Shown: piece after piece, positions 14,100 through 26,100 of the stretch
How positions within the stretch are numbered: the stretch's first letter is position 1
How the letters are laid out: the number at the start of each line of letters is the position of its first letter
NCBI GenBank assembly: GCA_036172245.1
Contig: JAYWIR010000033.1
Location: 1,364,001-1,428,000 of the forward strand
Origin: Raillietiella orientalis
Lineage: Eukaryota
Direction: 5' to 3'
Length of the DNA stretch: 64,000 nucleotides
Position numbers and translations under genes: made by a program
Notes under the pieces: generated by a model
Told to the model about the DNA's origin: nothing
Seen by the model: the letters and a program-made list of their open reading frames with translations, nothing else
Databases searched by the model: none

Positions 14100-14494
14100 A
14101 CTGTTCCTTTTGGGTTCTTCCGTTTTCGCTGTTTTCCTTCCAGCTATTTTTTTTTTTTCTTTCGGATCAATCCTTTTTTTGGTTCCCTAAGTACTCAAGA
14201 ACCGTTTGCCTCCTCAGGGCGCTTTGACACTGTCCACGCCAAAGGGACGCGTCCAAATTCCTTTGAAGGGCGCAAAAGGACGGGATTGGAAGCTGACTTG
14301 GAGAGTCAACTTCCAATCCCGTTCAGTCACCGGGGACATCTGGATTCCTCCAGCAGCGCACTCGAAGCCTACAGGCCAACCAGCGTCATCCATGACGCAC
14401 CCATTTCTCCGAGTCGATCCTCCGCGTGAAGATTCGAACCCACAGCGCCTGGTGCCACGTGAGGAGACCTCAGCCACACGGCCGGTCCAACGCG
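14100..14494 (-). mobile_element. tRNA-derived SINE copy 3 (internally deleted)
   Basis: Reverse B box gattcgaacc at 14431-14440. The head is closely similar to the reverse complement of 9990-10170 and is joined almost directly to the 3' segment. Confidence 0.75.
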
Positions 14495-15078
14495 GGCAGA
14501 GACCTACAAAAAGCTCTAAAAACAGTGGCGGCGAATACAGTGGAAAATCTGTTCCTAAAAGCTCATTGGTGGATGGAGAGTGATTCCACGAGGATGGATG
14601 AAAAAGCCTGCAGGGATGAAAACTCCCCAGACCGAAAGTACTTCCTGAGATGGATGAAATTCTCAAAGGAAATCATGCCGAAGATGCAAACCTCCGTCTC
14701 AGTAGCAAAAGGTACCTGCAAGAAGAGTGGACTTGTGCCGTGCTTGCTGAGCAGCCACGCCGCTTGCGATTCGTCATGGAGGCTGGAAAACGCAGTCGTA
14801 TCTGTTTTTACCTAAAGGAGATCTTGAGATCTTGCCTGTAATCCTAGCCAGTCGCGGTTTGCCTATGGTTGCCCCCCACAACCGATAGATGATCCCATCC
14901 CATCCACGTTAGAGTGACGCACAGAAGGCTCCGTCACTCATTCGTGGTTTGGGGATCGCCAAGCCGCGGTTGATGTCTTTTGTGTGTGTGCCATGAAATT
15001 GGATAGATGCTTATTTTTTGAAAAGTTTTGAAAAATTAATAATTAAATTAAATAATTATGCAAACATTCTTTCCTTAG

Positions 15079-15146
15079 GAACCCCGGTCGATGTTGGAAT
15101 CACCATGCATGTGTTAAGTATCAGTGATTTTTCTGAAGTTCAAATG
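15079..15146 (+). CDS. Rdl: Rdl coding exon 3 equivalent: (G)TPVDVGITMHVLSISDFSEVQM
   Basis: Acceptor ttccttag|, donor |gtaata; 68 bp, phase 1 to 0. Matches PVEVGVTMYVLSISS.SEV.M. Confidence 0.95.
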
Positions 15147-17579
15147 GTAATAATTTATTTTACGTCATTCATGTCCGAGAATGCTGAGAAAGTCTGCTTA
15201 TTTTGTGTCGGAGTAAAGCTTGGTCCAGCAGCATTTCGTCCCCGTGGCAGTCAGGAGAAAATCCTTCTGCCTTTGCTAAGTGCTTTTGGCGAATGAGTCT
15301 GATAACGGGAAACTGACGACAGATGCAGTGTGTGATGCAGATCGGAGAAGCTGATGCACAGCGTAGTCTTAGAGCTCTTTTTTTTTCCTTTTTTTTTCTA
15401 TTGCAGTAGTTGCGTCATTTGCTTACTGTGGTTTGATCATCTTAGCAAACTGTGATCAATGCATTTCATGATTTGCATCCTTACAGAGTCTGATGTTTAT
15501 GTGCGCGAATTTGGTGTCTTCCGTGTTATCCCTACATGTGAAGTGCGATTTGCATCTCATGCAAGGACTTTTTGAATGCCTGTGTTCCGAAATGCAAATG
15601 ATGCAGATCCGTTGATGTGAGCGCCCATATTCCTTGGGAATGGATTTTTCTCCTCCTTGCTTATTTTTCCGGGGGGGGTGGATCACTGAATAGACTGCCT
15701 TTTTTTTTTTCGTCAAGCTTCCTGATTGGTCAGCTGTCGCACAAGTGACCGGAGAAACAAGTCACTCTCATTTATTCGATAAAAAGGAGATTGGTTCGAG
15801 AAGGAAACATGAGGTATTTAGGCACCAAGGAAGAACGAAGAAGGAAGGACCTTTCCCCATGCATCAGCGATGCAGAAGATTTTTCATGATCCTCCTCTCC
15901 TCCTTTTTCCGTTTACAGAAAATCAAGAGTCTGGCATTCATCCCTGAAAAGCCTTAATAAAGTCTCTGGAGAAGTTCGACAGAATGTCCCTTGCATGGGA
16001 ACCGAAGCAACGTTACGTAATTGCTGTTACTGTAGTAAAGCACACTATTAGTTCTCATCGACTGAACGGGGAAGCACGAGGAACTGAAAATTCTCGGCTT
16101 CGTATGATGCGGATGTTTCCTTGGATACCAAAGCAGATGGCCATACCTTCTTCCTTCTTGCACTTCCTTGGCGACATTCCTCGTACGCAGGCGGTAGCGC
16201 ATCATCTCTCCACCGCCACCTGTTGCTCAAAGAGCAAGAAGGTGATTCTGCGTCCGAACACGCTGTCGAGGTGGACACCTAGGCTTCATGGGGCTCGGCA
16301 TAAGCTCTTGTGATTTTTGTGTACTTTCCAAAGACGTTCTCTGCTCTTTCTTCCGACGTCATCCCATAGAAAAAACTGCGACCCGGCAACGCTCCCATCT
16401 CTGTCTTTGGTTGTGTGTGATGCAAATGCGCTCGGATGTAACCTCTTCCTCCTACTTTTACACGATTCGAGCTTATCACGATCCAAATCCTCTGAGTTCT
16501 AATGATTCGATTAGGGTCTATGGCTTTGTCGGGTAGCATGCTATGCATCGAATTGGCTTCCGCTCTCCGCAGTGGTACGTACCGCTCTTGCGTGCGCCAA
16601 TTTGAAATTTTCATAATTACACGAAACGTTGGTGGACTTTGGTTTGCTGGGGAATTCCTCGGACGAGGTCGACTCGCCAATCGAGGGAAGAGAACAGCCG
16701 GGAATTCCTCCGCCGGTGTGGTGAGTAGGCAGAGTCATTTTCGCGTCGTGGAATCTCCCGGGCAGTCTCTCCCCTCAACACGTCGCGAGTTCGGTTGACA
16801 CCTCCCGGATCTCAGAAAGACTCGCATCTCACGAAACGACCCCGCTGAGGGAATCGCGATGTTTGTCGCCAACGCCCACGCTCTCTGGGATGCGGGTAAC
16901 ACGTGGTAGAAATCGGGAATGCCGATCCAGGATCGCACCCACTCAGTAAAGTGGATTCGCAGGCATACAGGAACAGATGTGTACGGTGTACGGAATTCGA
17001 GTTCCCTTTTCCGGTTGAGGCGTTTACGGGATATTCGGTCTTCCCGGAGCTTTTTCCCCTCCATACCTGCTGAGAGATATCATGGAGACGATGGCATTTG
17101 ATGTGGATGCTGCGCAAGGCTGCGCTGGTATGCGGTGCAGCGGCAGGTTCATGCGAGAGCCCGTCTTCCTCCCTTTGGCTTCGCGGAAATCGGGTTCTTT
17201 GAGATGGAAAATCGCTTTCCGCGTGCTATTGTACAATAAGAATGATAAGAATGGATAGCACGTGAATTCCAATGTTTCATCAACCAAACTGGAAACTTCC
17301 GCACCGTCTTGAGCCTTACGCTAAAGGCGAAATCCGAAGGCATCTGACGGTTCTCCTGCCACCAACGTGGCGTCCTTTATCCACAGAACTGTTTCCAAAG
17401 CGAAAATCTGCAGCTAGACGATTCCTTCTTCCCAACCAGGGCTTCCTCTCAGATGGGAAAAGAAACGGCCGAGATTACGCTCATTCTGATGCTTATCACC
17501 GAGTCCCACTTCCTGAATGGATTTTTTTTTCCTTTTTCCAATACATATTAAATCAGAGTGTTCTTAATTTTATATCTAG

Positions 17580-17806
17580 GATTTCACTTTGGATTTCTAC
17601 TTTCGTCAATTCTGGAGAGACCCCCGATTAGTATTCGAAGCGAAGCCAGGCGTCGAAAAGCTTTCGGTTGGCTCCGAGTTCATCAAGAGGCTTTGGGTCC
17701 CGGATACCTTCTTTGCCAATGAGAAGAAATCCTACTTCCACACCCACACGACGAACAACGAATTCCTGAGAATCGAGCACAACGGGAACATCGTCCGCAG
17801 CATGAG
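17580..17806 (+). CDS. Rdl: Rdl coding exon 4 equivalent: [12 protein letters not shown]...[11 protein letters not shown]...IVRSM(R) (loops D, A, E)
   Basis: Acceptor atctag|, donor ag|gtgagg; 227 bp, phase 0 to 2. Confidence 0.97.
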
Positions 17807-18599
17807 GTGAGGTTTCTCGTCGTCTGCTGTGTTGCATCTCAACGTGCGATGGTTCTTTTCCTCTTTTCCTTTCTCCCGCGACATGAAGATCGTTCTGCTC
17901 GTGGAATTTCAGCCATGAGCAGAATGATTTGACCTCGGTCTGCCGACCTCGGTGGCTAAAGCAAACGGAAAACGAGGTGATGACTTCTTGAGAATCCGAA
18001 TGAACCACGGTCGGAGAGGCGCCTCGTGCTCTGGGACCCGAATGCCGGTCAGCTCCCGAGTCCAGCGTGATGCGCCCTTCTGCGATAGAGTCCATTGCAG
18101 GGTTCAGTTGCTCTTCCCGTAGACCTGAAACTTGCACAAACCCTTCTCAGGCTCCTGGGGCGCACTTCTGAATGAGATGAGCCGCATCTTATTCTTCTTC
18201 TTCCTCTTCCTCTTCTCACGTCATAGCCAGGTCTGTTCCTCCTGGACGCGATCGAAACGCTGCATCGGGGGACCACAGACTCTTTGGATTCTTGGTGCAT
18301 CCTGCCGACTTTTGCCGATTTACTTTTCTAAAACGCGTGCGAGATCACACGCTTTCGTCATCGCCTCATCCTTTTTACTGTAACGAGCGCTTCTTTTCCG
18401 TGAGCTTGACGAAACCTGCTCCTCTTTGCCTCAGCATCCCTTACCCACATTCTGCAACAAACCAGTGTAACATCCCAGAGCAGATTTCTCTAGGGGTCCT
18501 CCGCAGCCTCGCATGCGAACGAAATCCTACTACAGAATGGTTTTGGCTAAGGGGCATTCGTGCTCCTCCGTGGAATGGGAAGGTTTGCCACCTTTTGGG

Positions 18600-19250
18600 T
18601 GCCAAAAGTAGCAAAGTGTGCCACACCACATATCATGCTTGCCAAAAGTGATCATTCCGTGAGAATCCGCCAGGGCCATTTTGTGTGATATTCGCAGTTT
18701 CAACACCAACAACAACAACACATCGGTCCGTATGCGTTATCTTTGGAGCAGCCTCTCTTGTTGGCCTTATCTGATGAAGCACTGAAATAAGCAAAACTTC
18801 AAGGCTTTGAGAGTTCAGATGAGAGGACTTCGGATACACTCGCCGTTGCTTCACGCAAATCACTCCCTGTGCTTTTTCCAACTTCCAGGATGACCTTTTG
18901 GATCGTCCTCCTATCCCAGCTACCGTTAGCCTACTTATTCTTCGCCCAGGAACTAGAATTTCGTGGGTGATTCGTCCACTGCAGCCTGCTCTCTTGTCTG
19001 GTGTCCTCCTCCGAACGTGCTCTGCCTTTACTGCAAGCATGATGAACGCAGCGCATAAATCTTCGGGGAAATGCCATCCAAGGACCTGGAATATTGCAGA
19101 ATGCATTGAGTAGCAGCTGACGATGCCAACCACTCATCACTGATGCCCACTTCGCGAAGTGATTGAAGGAACCATCATTGCTCTTCAGCATCCACAGAGC
19201 CCCATGAGATAATTGCAGCTTTTCCGCGCACCAGGACGGCTTCCTGCGCG
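18600..19250 (-). mobile_element. Possible BEL/Pao gag-protease relic
   Basis: HFAK…WHRQLLL, then RITHEIL…RLTVAGIGG…VVVVGVE, in the expected order. Confidence 0.3.
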
Positions 19251-20499
19251 TGGGAGCTGCCCATCTTCATTCGGCAATGTCTGTTATTTACGGTAGTTGG
19301 ATCCACGACAAATTGCAGATAGATGTCACAATCACACATAACGGATTAAGCCCATCATCGGAGAGCATTCATTTCAGCCCAGTTGTTTTTGGGAAACTTG
19401 AGAGATAAAGGAGTAGAGTTGCAACATCGGGCTGCCAAAGAGTTCTAAGAAGAAGAGGACTCTTTTCCAACTGTCTATTAATGCAGTCTGCAATGCCTCA
19501 TTTTTCTTTCCGGTTGTCAGCATTCACTTCGCTCATTCGTTCCTTGTTTTAGATGAAGCTGTCTAATCAGGAACTCAGTGCTTAAAGCCTACCACTCGTG
19601 GCTTACAGCATCGTTCACTTTTCGCCTAATGAGGATTAAGATGAATCATTAGTCCACCAATCAAATCATACCCCTTTCCATCCAATTACCCTATCTAATG
19701 CACGTTCTAAATTAGACACGATGTTTGAATCGGTGCTCTGGAATGCGTCATTCTGTGCACTGGGGTTACTGTAATTCACGGAGTCTCTTTTCAATCCCAT
19801 CACCTTTTTTTGATTCAGGAACCTCTTTGATGGGTGTACTCTTCTGAAGTTGCGCTCAGGAACCATCACCTGGCGGTCCTGATGCTCTCTTCGTGCTTTG
19901 CTCCTGCTCTTCCGGCTTTGGTAGGGAGATGAATGGGCATGAAACGCAGAGCGAGATGCTCCCAAGCACTTGTTCACGCAGACTCGATCTGTCTCCATCA
20001 TGAATTTCCTTCATCCAGCGCAGTATTTGTCAGTAGGGAAATAGATGGGTTTGGTGCTTCAAAAACGAAGCTCAGGTATCTTGTTTTTTGCATGGTGACG
20101 TCATTCTTCTGAAAGATCGGCCTTAATTAGAAATGCGCATCCACGCCTCCCTGACTTCATAAGCGCCCAAACTAATAAAACCAGGAAGTGCTCTTAAAAA
20201 CTATTCACTTCTTCTATAGAGCTCTTCAGCAGCTACTTGAAATATCAACTTAAGTTACCTAAAGAACTCTATTTACGCTCCACACTGGGGCCTTCGGCAA
20301 CTTGAGCGTCGCCCACGCTATCTTCCGGAACATTGCCCGCAAGTTGGCGAGAAAGTTCGACCGAATACGAGCACTTGTACAAAGAAACTCTTCCTCTCTT
20401 CTGCAACCTGCCTTCGCAGCCGAGAGCTTTCTTTTATATCATTTTCTTAATCCATCTTTTTTTTTTTTTTTTTTTCCCTGCTTCGTACAAGACAAATCA

Positions 20500-21560
20500 T
20501 CAGTTGCCATCTTGGTTTCGAAACGAGACTTCACTTGCCCTTTCGTCCCCGAAATTCCCATCTGGGATGGCTGTTACGAGGAACCCATGCTCTCCCACCA
20601 TCGCAGAAGACGCCTTTATTTCTCGTCGATGCAAAACTAAAGGATCACCAAATGAGTGGGGAGAAGCAACGGCACGTGATCTCAAGGAAGCATTTGAGAT
20701 TTCCATTAGCAAGCCGCTAGAAGCACCTTTAACGAAGCTCAGAAGGATCAGAGGATTGAAGATTGAACAAGGGATACTGTACTTGGACTTAATTGGGACT
20801 TGGGGACTCTTTGGCTAACGTTTACGAACCAAATGAGCATCGCTTTGGTCGCAAAGGGCACAAATTCTCGATGCTTTTATTGGAGCAGGGTTGGGGAGCG
20901 AAAAAAAGTCCCTCGCCACGTAAAAGGGCACACGGAGGAAAGTGCCAGTCAAATCGATGCCGAAAATCAAGTATTCTTTGCCCACGGGGTTTTCCCCTTA
21001 AACATCTACCGCTGGAAGCAATTTGACGACCATCTGAACGCAAGAACCGCTTCTTTCCAGTTTTACGAGTCCTCGGTTCGGATTGTGCTGTGGTCCTTAT
21101 GGGTACAGGGATCTCCGGATCTCTGGAGCAGAAAGAGCACGAGGCGCAATGGGAAAAGTGCGCGTGCGCTCTGGCAAACTTGGAGAACGCGTGGACGCTC
21201 TTCTAAAAGAGCCGTCCCGTGGCCACGAGACTGGGATGTGCCAGTTTGATCTAGGAGCCGAGGTTTTTTCGTGCCTGGATGCGAACAGTCCTCTTAGGCT
21301 GTCTGCCTGCCGCGAAAAAAAAAAGGACCTTTCCCTGACGTCAGGCGGGCAAGAAATCCGCGTGCAGATAAAAATTGCCGCTCTCGAGAATCGAAGATGC
21401 TTCGGTCTGCGCATCCACCATCACTGCAAGGACGAAGGGCATCGGCAGCCATCTTGGGCAAAGGCACGCGGCGTGGATGAGAATTTTGGATCCCCTGGCT
21501 GCTGCATCGCGCGGGTCTTCGACCACTTTGGAGCAGGGAGCCCGGACAAGGGAAGCTGAC
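20500..21560 (+). mobile_element. Decayed BEL/Pao integrase and C-terminal relic
   Basis: Ordered motifs RCFYWSRVGERKKV, TWRTRGRSSKRAV, AEVFSCLDANSPL and VDENFGSPGCCIARVFDHFGAG. These resemble RFWI..GR, WER.VRSVKRAL, EVEACLNSRPL and DENLPP..W.LARV…G.DG. Confidence 0.5.
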
Positions 21561-23159
21561 CTCCTTACCGAGGTTTCCCGGCTGCTGGACAAAGTAGCTC
21601 GACAAACGGACACAGCCATTCCGTTGGCACACCGCGATGCATCGTGGATTACGAAGGGCCATCGTGCTCTTGCGAGTGGTGGAAGAACTGGGAACACGAC
21701 GTCTGGCCTGGCCCCGGGGATCCGCGCAGAATTACTCTCTCGTGGATCTTCCCAGGGGAGAGCGATCGGCAGACGCCCCTTGGCTCGCGGGCACTCGACA
21801 CATCACTCCGGCGTTGTGCCAGTGCAAAAAGGAAACCTTCCCCTTGACTGTCAAATTGAGGAAAACAGGATTTCTCCAACAAGTCGGGAGAGAGCCACTG
21901 GTGTCTAGAAAGTCGTCCTGGAAAAGACGGCCGATTGTGGCAACGTGGCTGCACGCAACTGGAAACTTGGTCCCACTAAAGAAAGGGCCAATCCAAATTC
22001 ACGCTCCTTCGTCTCCTCTGCCCCTTAAGGTCAACGAACCGCAAGTGTGTACGTGCACTGCTTCCAGTGCACTCTCGTTAATGTGGCGTCTCCACAAAGA
22101 TGGTTCAGTGGAAACGCGACGAAAACCCTCAGAAGAAAACAAGTGGAGAAAATCCTTGATCACTTCCGATCCTTCTATTCCGTCTTTCTAGCTCCTGTTT
22201 CCCGCATTCGGTTTTCCTTCTGTCAGTAACGACGCATGCGCAGATGCTGACAGCGTTTGAAATCGTTTGGCTGTAATGGCCGCGCGCTCAGCTTTTTGCT
22301 CGCACACGAAACCCTCGAGCTTTCGAGGGCGCCAACTTTATACCTTCATTGGAGCCAATGTGATGCACACAAATTGGCGCGAACGACCCCTCCCCCCACA
22401 CGCACGCACACGCACACGCACGTGAGTAAATCGAAAATCAACCGGAAGAAACGTCAGATGCTTCACGTACCTACACTTGGAGGAATGAAGTTCAAAGACA
22501 GTTGCTGATGCAGACGCCCCGGGGTTAACCCTGGGGCGTCCCAGACCTTCCCCAAGCTGATTTCTCCAGTCGTCTGCGCTTTCAGCAAACCAGGAAACCC
22601 GGATTCGATGGCACCCTGGCGAAAAGCAGGAGTTTCCTGTCGTCGATGCGAGACGCAGGCCATTTTGAAAGAGGAAATAGGTAGAAAGCAATCCTGTGCT
22701 TTTCTACGAATCATGCAGCAATTACGAAAGGCATTTTTTCTCAAAGGGAATGGTCGGAAGGGAAGGAGATGTCATGGAATAAGGCATAAATCCTGCCCAT
22801 GGGTTCCAGAGCTTTCGTTTTGATTCGCCCTGTAAATGATAATTATGCTGTCGGCTTAGGAGGGGCTGGAATGTTGATCAATGTGGGATCTTCAGAAAAG
22901 CCCACGCTTGGGAAAGCAAAATAGGATTCCTTCCTCGTGACCACTGTTCCTGGAATTCCTTCGAAACACAAGGAGTTAGTGGGTGAAAAATTCTTCCGGA
23001 ATATCCAACGACGTTCCCCCGCCAAGTGACATTCAGTCGCCAACTGTGCAACCTATGCATGGCCGCACGGTTGCCTGGAGGGAGTCTGTTGTCCCTCAAA
23101 CTGTGCTTGCGGTCCTTGCGTTGAGGCAAAGTCTTCTTTTTTTTTTTTCTTCATTAAAT

Positions 23160-23480
23160 GGAAATCCTTTTGGGTTCTTCTCTTTTCCTGCTTTTCCTTT
23201 TTTTCTTTTCCCTTTCGGGTTTTGCCCTTTTTCTGGTTCCCTAAGTACTCAAGAGCCGCTCGCTTCCTTGAGGGGCTCAGAAAACTCTTTTAGCGCTATC
23301 CGCGCCACCCGAGGGTGCGTGTAACTTCTCGAGTTATAGGGGACAACCCTGGAAAGATCACCTCATGGATCCAGGAAGGTTCCGGTGGACGGAGTCCGTT
23401 GCTCCTACTCTTGACAGCGTACCTCGGAGAGAACCTCCTCTTCCTCATTGTCTCCAGAACCCGAAAAGGATCCGTTCCCG
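23160..23480 (-). mobile_element. SINE copy 4 (3' half only)
   Basis: Shares ggttccctaagtactcaaga with 14181-14200, and similar gttatag…atccaggaagg…ggagtccgttgctc segments with copy 1. Confidence 0.65.
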
Positions 23481-24132
23481 AATTAAACCACCTTTCCAGC
23501 CACACAGGCTTCCACCCTCCTCCGCGCACGAATTCCATGCGAGTGGTGGTGGAGCCTTGTGGTGGGTATGACGTACACCTGCATGAGAGACCCGGCCAAG
23601 AACCAGGGTAGAAGAGGAAGAGCAACTTGTAAGATCCATCTTCGTTCGCTCTTTGATGCCCGCAATTGCCGGAGCTGCAACTGATGCTTCAGATGGGCCG
23701 AGTGGTACATAAAACGGTGCTTGATTCGATTCTCGGTGGCCACAAGCTATCAAAGCAGCCTGCTTTTAGCCATGACGTCACGTTTCGCAGGATCCGATTC
23801 CACAAACCGTTCGGACATCAAGAACGGTTTTTTCTTTTTTTTTTTTTTACCTTCCTCGGGACTCCGGAAGGGGGTGTCCAAGATTTGGCGACAAGACGAC
23901 CCTTTAGTTCTGTGGAAGTCTTTCTCAAACCGCAGCTTTGGAAAGGTCTCGAGGTATATTTCTTTTGGACCAGGCCGTTTTTGGTACACGTTTGAATCAA
24001 CGATGCAGTGTTTCTTCTACGCGGAAGAGACCTCAGCGCTCATAGCAATGCCTCTCTGTCTTAACAAGATTTGCATCGACATAATGAGTCCTTTTTATTG
24101 CGTTTTTGTGAATCTGCTGCTAAATTTCCTAG

Positions 24133-24215
24133 ACTGACAGTGACAGCTGCGTGTCCAATGAATCTTCAGTATTTCCCCATGGACAGTCCACAATGCAACA
24201 TAGAGATAGAAAGCT
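24133..24215 (+). CDS. Rdl: Rdl coding exon 5 equivalent: LTVTAACPMNLQYFPMDSPQCNIEIES (Cys loop)
   Basis: Acceptor tttcctag|, donor |gtgagt; 83 bp, phase 2 to 1. C-x13-C loop. Confidence 0.97.
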
Positions 24216-25609
24216 GTGAGTACCAAAAGCTCATTGAAAAGTTTTTGAATTCCAGATTGTTCACCTTCTCTTGAGTGACGTTGTGCAACGTGAGATTCTT
24301 GGGTTTCCTTTTTTTTTGTCTCTCTCTCTGGGGGGGGAGGGGAGGTGGGGACACATGATGATGATAGCTTTCGTCGCTCAGTTTAAATTCTTGCGACACT
24401 TGAGCTCGAGTATGCTCGCAAGAGCACCCTCTGTAGCATGCCCTCACCAGCTGAGCATTTTTCGTACTCGGTGCACGATGACCAAAGGATGGACGAAGGC
24501 ATCCGTGCGCTACTCGAGGACATGGAAGGCAGCTGACCGCCGGTTTTGAGCTCGCGAGACTCACCACGCATTGCTTGCGGTCGAAACCTCGAAATCTTGC
24601 GGACGAGAGGAGGGAGAGGAAGCTCCTGAATTTTTTTTCCTCCCATCTCAGGAAGATAGGATCAGCAAAATGATGACGCGTAGCTCGAAAGGTCACAAGG
24701 CGCTCTCCTGGAACGGAATCCTGTCAGCTTCTCCTCTTCAACCCTTGCACACGCTCCCGCATCGTGGAATCCTCCCGATCAGTGAACTTTCCAGCAAGAT
24801 ACAGCGACACAGCTCGTAAACGTGACGTCCGTGACGCGGGCTGTAAATCAGACGCGACATTTTAAGACCTACAAACCCTGAGGAGGACGAGTTTCTGATT
24901 CGCATTGACGGAAGCCTCGAGAACTGGATGGAAAGGGTCTAGTCGTAAGTGCGCCCTCGTACAATTGTACAGGGCTGCTCGGGAAAATGGAAAGTCTTGG
25001 ACGACCCTGCCCCCTGAAGCGCTTTCATAGAATCACGCCGTTCCTTCATCCAGCTTTTCAAAAGTCACCTGCTAGCGTAGCTCTAAGGATACGTGGAACC
25101 TTCCGCTTCTCCTTCCAACTTAAACACCTGATTCCATGACTTGAAGAGGAGGAGCCCGAGGTGGTGACCGAGGTTCCAGCCCAGAAAGGCAGGCCGCAGA
25201 ATTTCCCCTAGGAAGAACTGTTCCTATGCCTCCATGCCTTTCTGGCATGGAGAGAAGGAGAAATGGAGAGAAGAAATGCACACGACAGCTGCAGTGCGTG
25301 CCCAGTGACTTTCTCTGTACATCCCGTCCGCGGTTCCAGGTTGCGCCTTGGGCTGAAACAGGAACCAGCCAAGCACGAGACACTGCAGGATCCCGGCGGT
25401 TTCGTTTACTAGGGGGGACCTCTGGTGCATCAGCACGCGCGGTGATGACCCACCTATGATTCGAAACCCAGCATCAGGCCCTGCCTGTAGCCGCAAAAAC
25501 GCCATGAGCACGAAACGGAACTCCAGGAAGCGTGACACTTGATAGCATGCCTCACTGTTTACTGACCACTCTCAGATACTGTTCACTTGCCTCTATTCCC
25601 TTTTCTCAG

Positions 25610-25747
25610 TTGGATACACAATGAAGGACATTCGCTACAAGTGGAACGATGGACCCCGATCCGTGGACGTGTCGACGGAGGTGTCTTTGCCCCAGTTCAA
25701 AGTTATGGGCTACAAGCAGACAACGAAAGTTGTAAACATGACTACAG
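25610..25747 (+). CDS. Rdl: Rdl coding exon 6 equivalent: (F)[45 protein letters not shown]
   Basis: Acceptor ttttctcag|, donor g|gtgagg; 138 bp, phase 1 to 1. Confidence 0.97.
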
Positions 25748-25815
25748 GTGAGGTGCATGATCCTTTCGCCGTCAGCAGCAACGTGGAAACGGTCACCCTG
25801 ACACGATGCTTGCAG

Positions 25816-26100
25816 GCAACTATTCCCGTCTGGCCTGTGAGATCCAGTTCGTCCGCTCGATGGGGTACTACTTCATCCAGATATACATTCCTTCGTCCTT
25901 GATCGTCATCATATCATGGGTTTCCTTTTGGCTCAACAGGAACGCAAGTCCCGCACGTGTGTCTCTGGGCGTGACCACCGTGCTGACCATGACGACCCTA
26001 ATGTCCTCGACAAATTCGTCTCTTCCTAAAGTCTCGTACATTAAGTCAATTGATATTTACTTAGGCACGTGTTTCGTGATGGTATTTGCCTCTTTATTAG
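25816..26100 (+). CDS. Rdl: Rdl coding exon 7 equivalent: loop C, M1, M2 ([16 protein letters not shown]), most of M3
   Basis: Acceptor ttgcag| after a 68-bp intron, donor g|gtaagc; 285 bp. The PAR motif of anion-selective channels is present. Confidence 0.98.
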
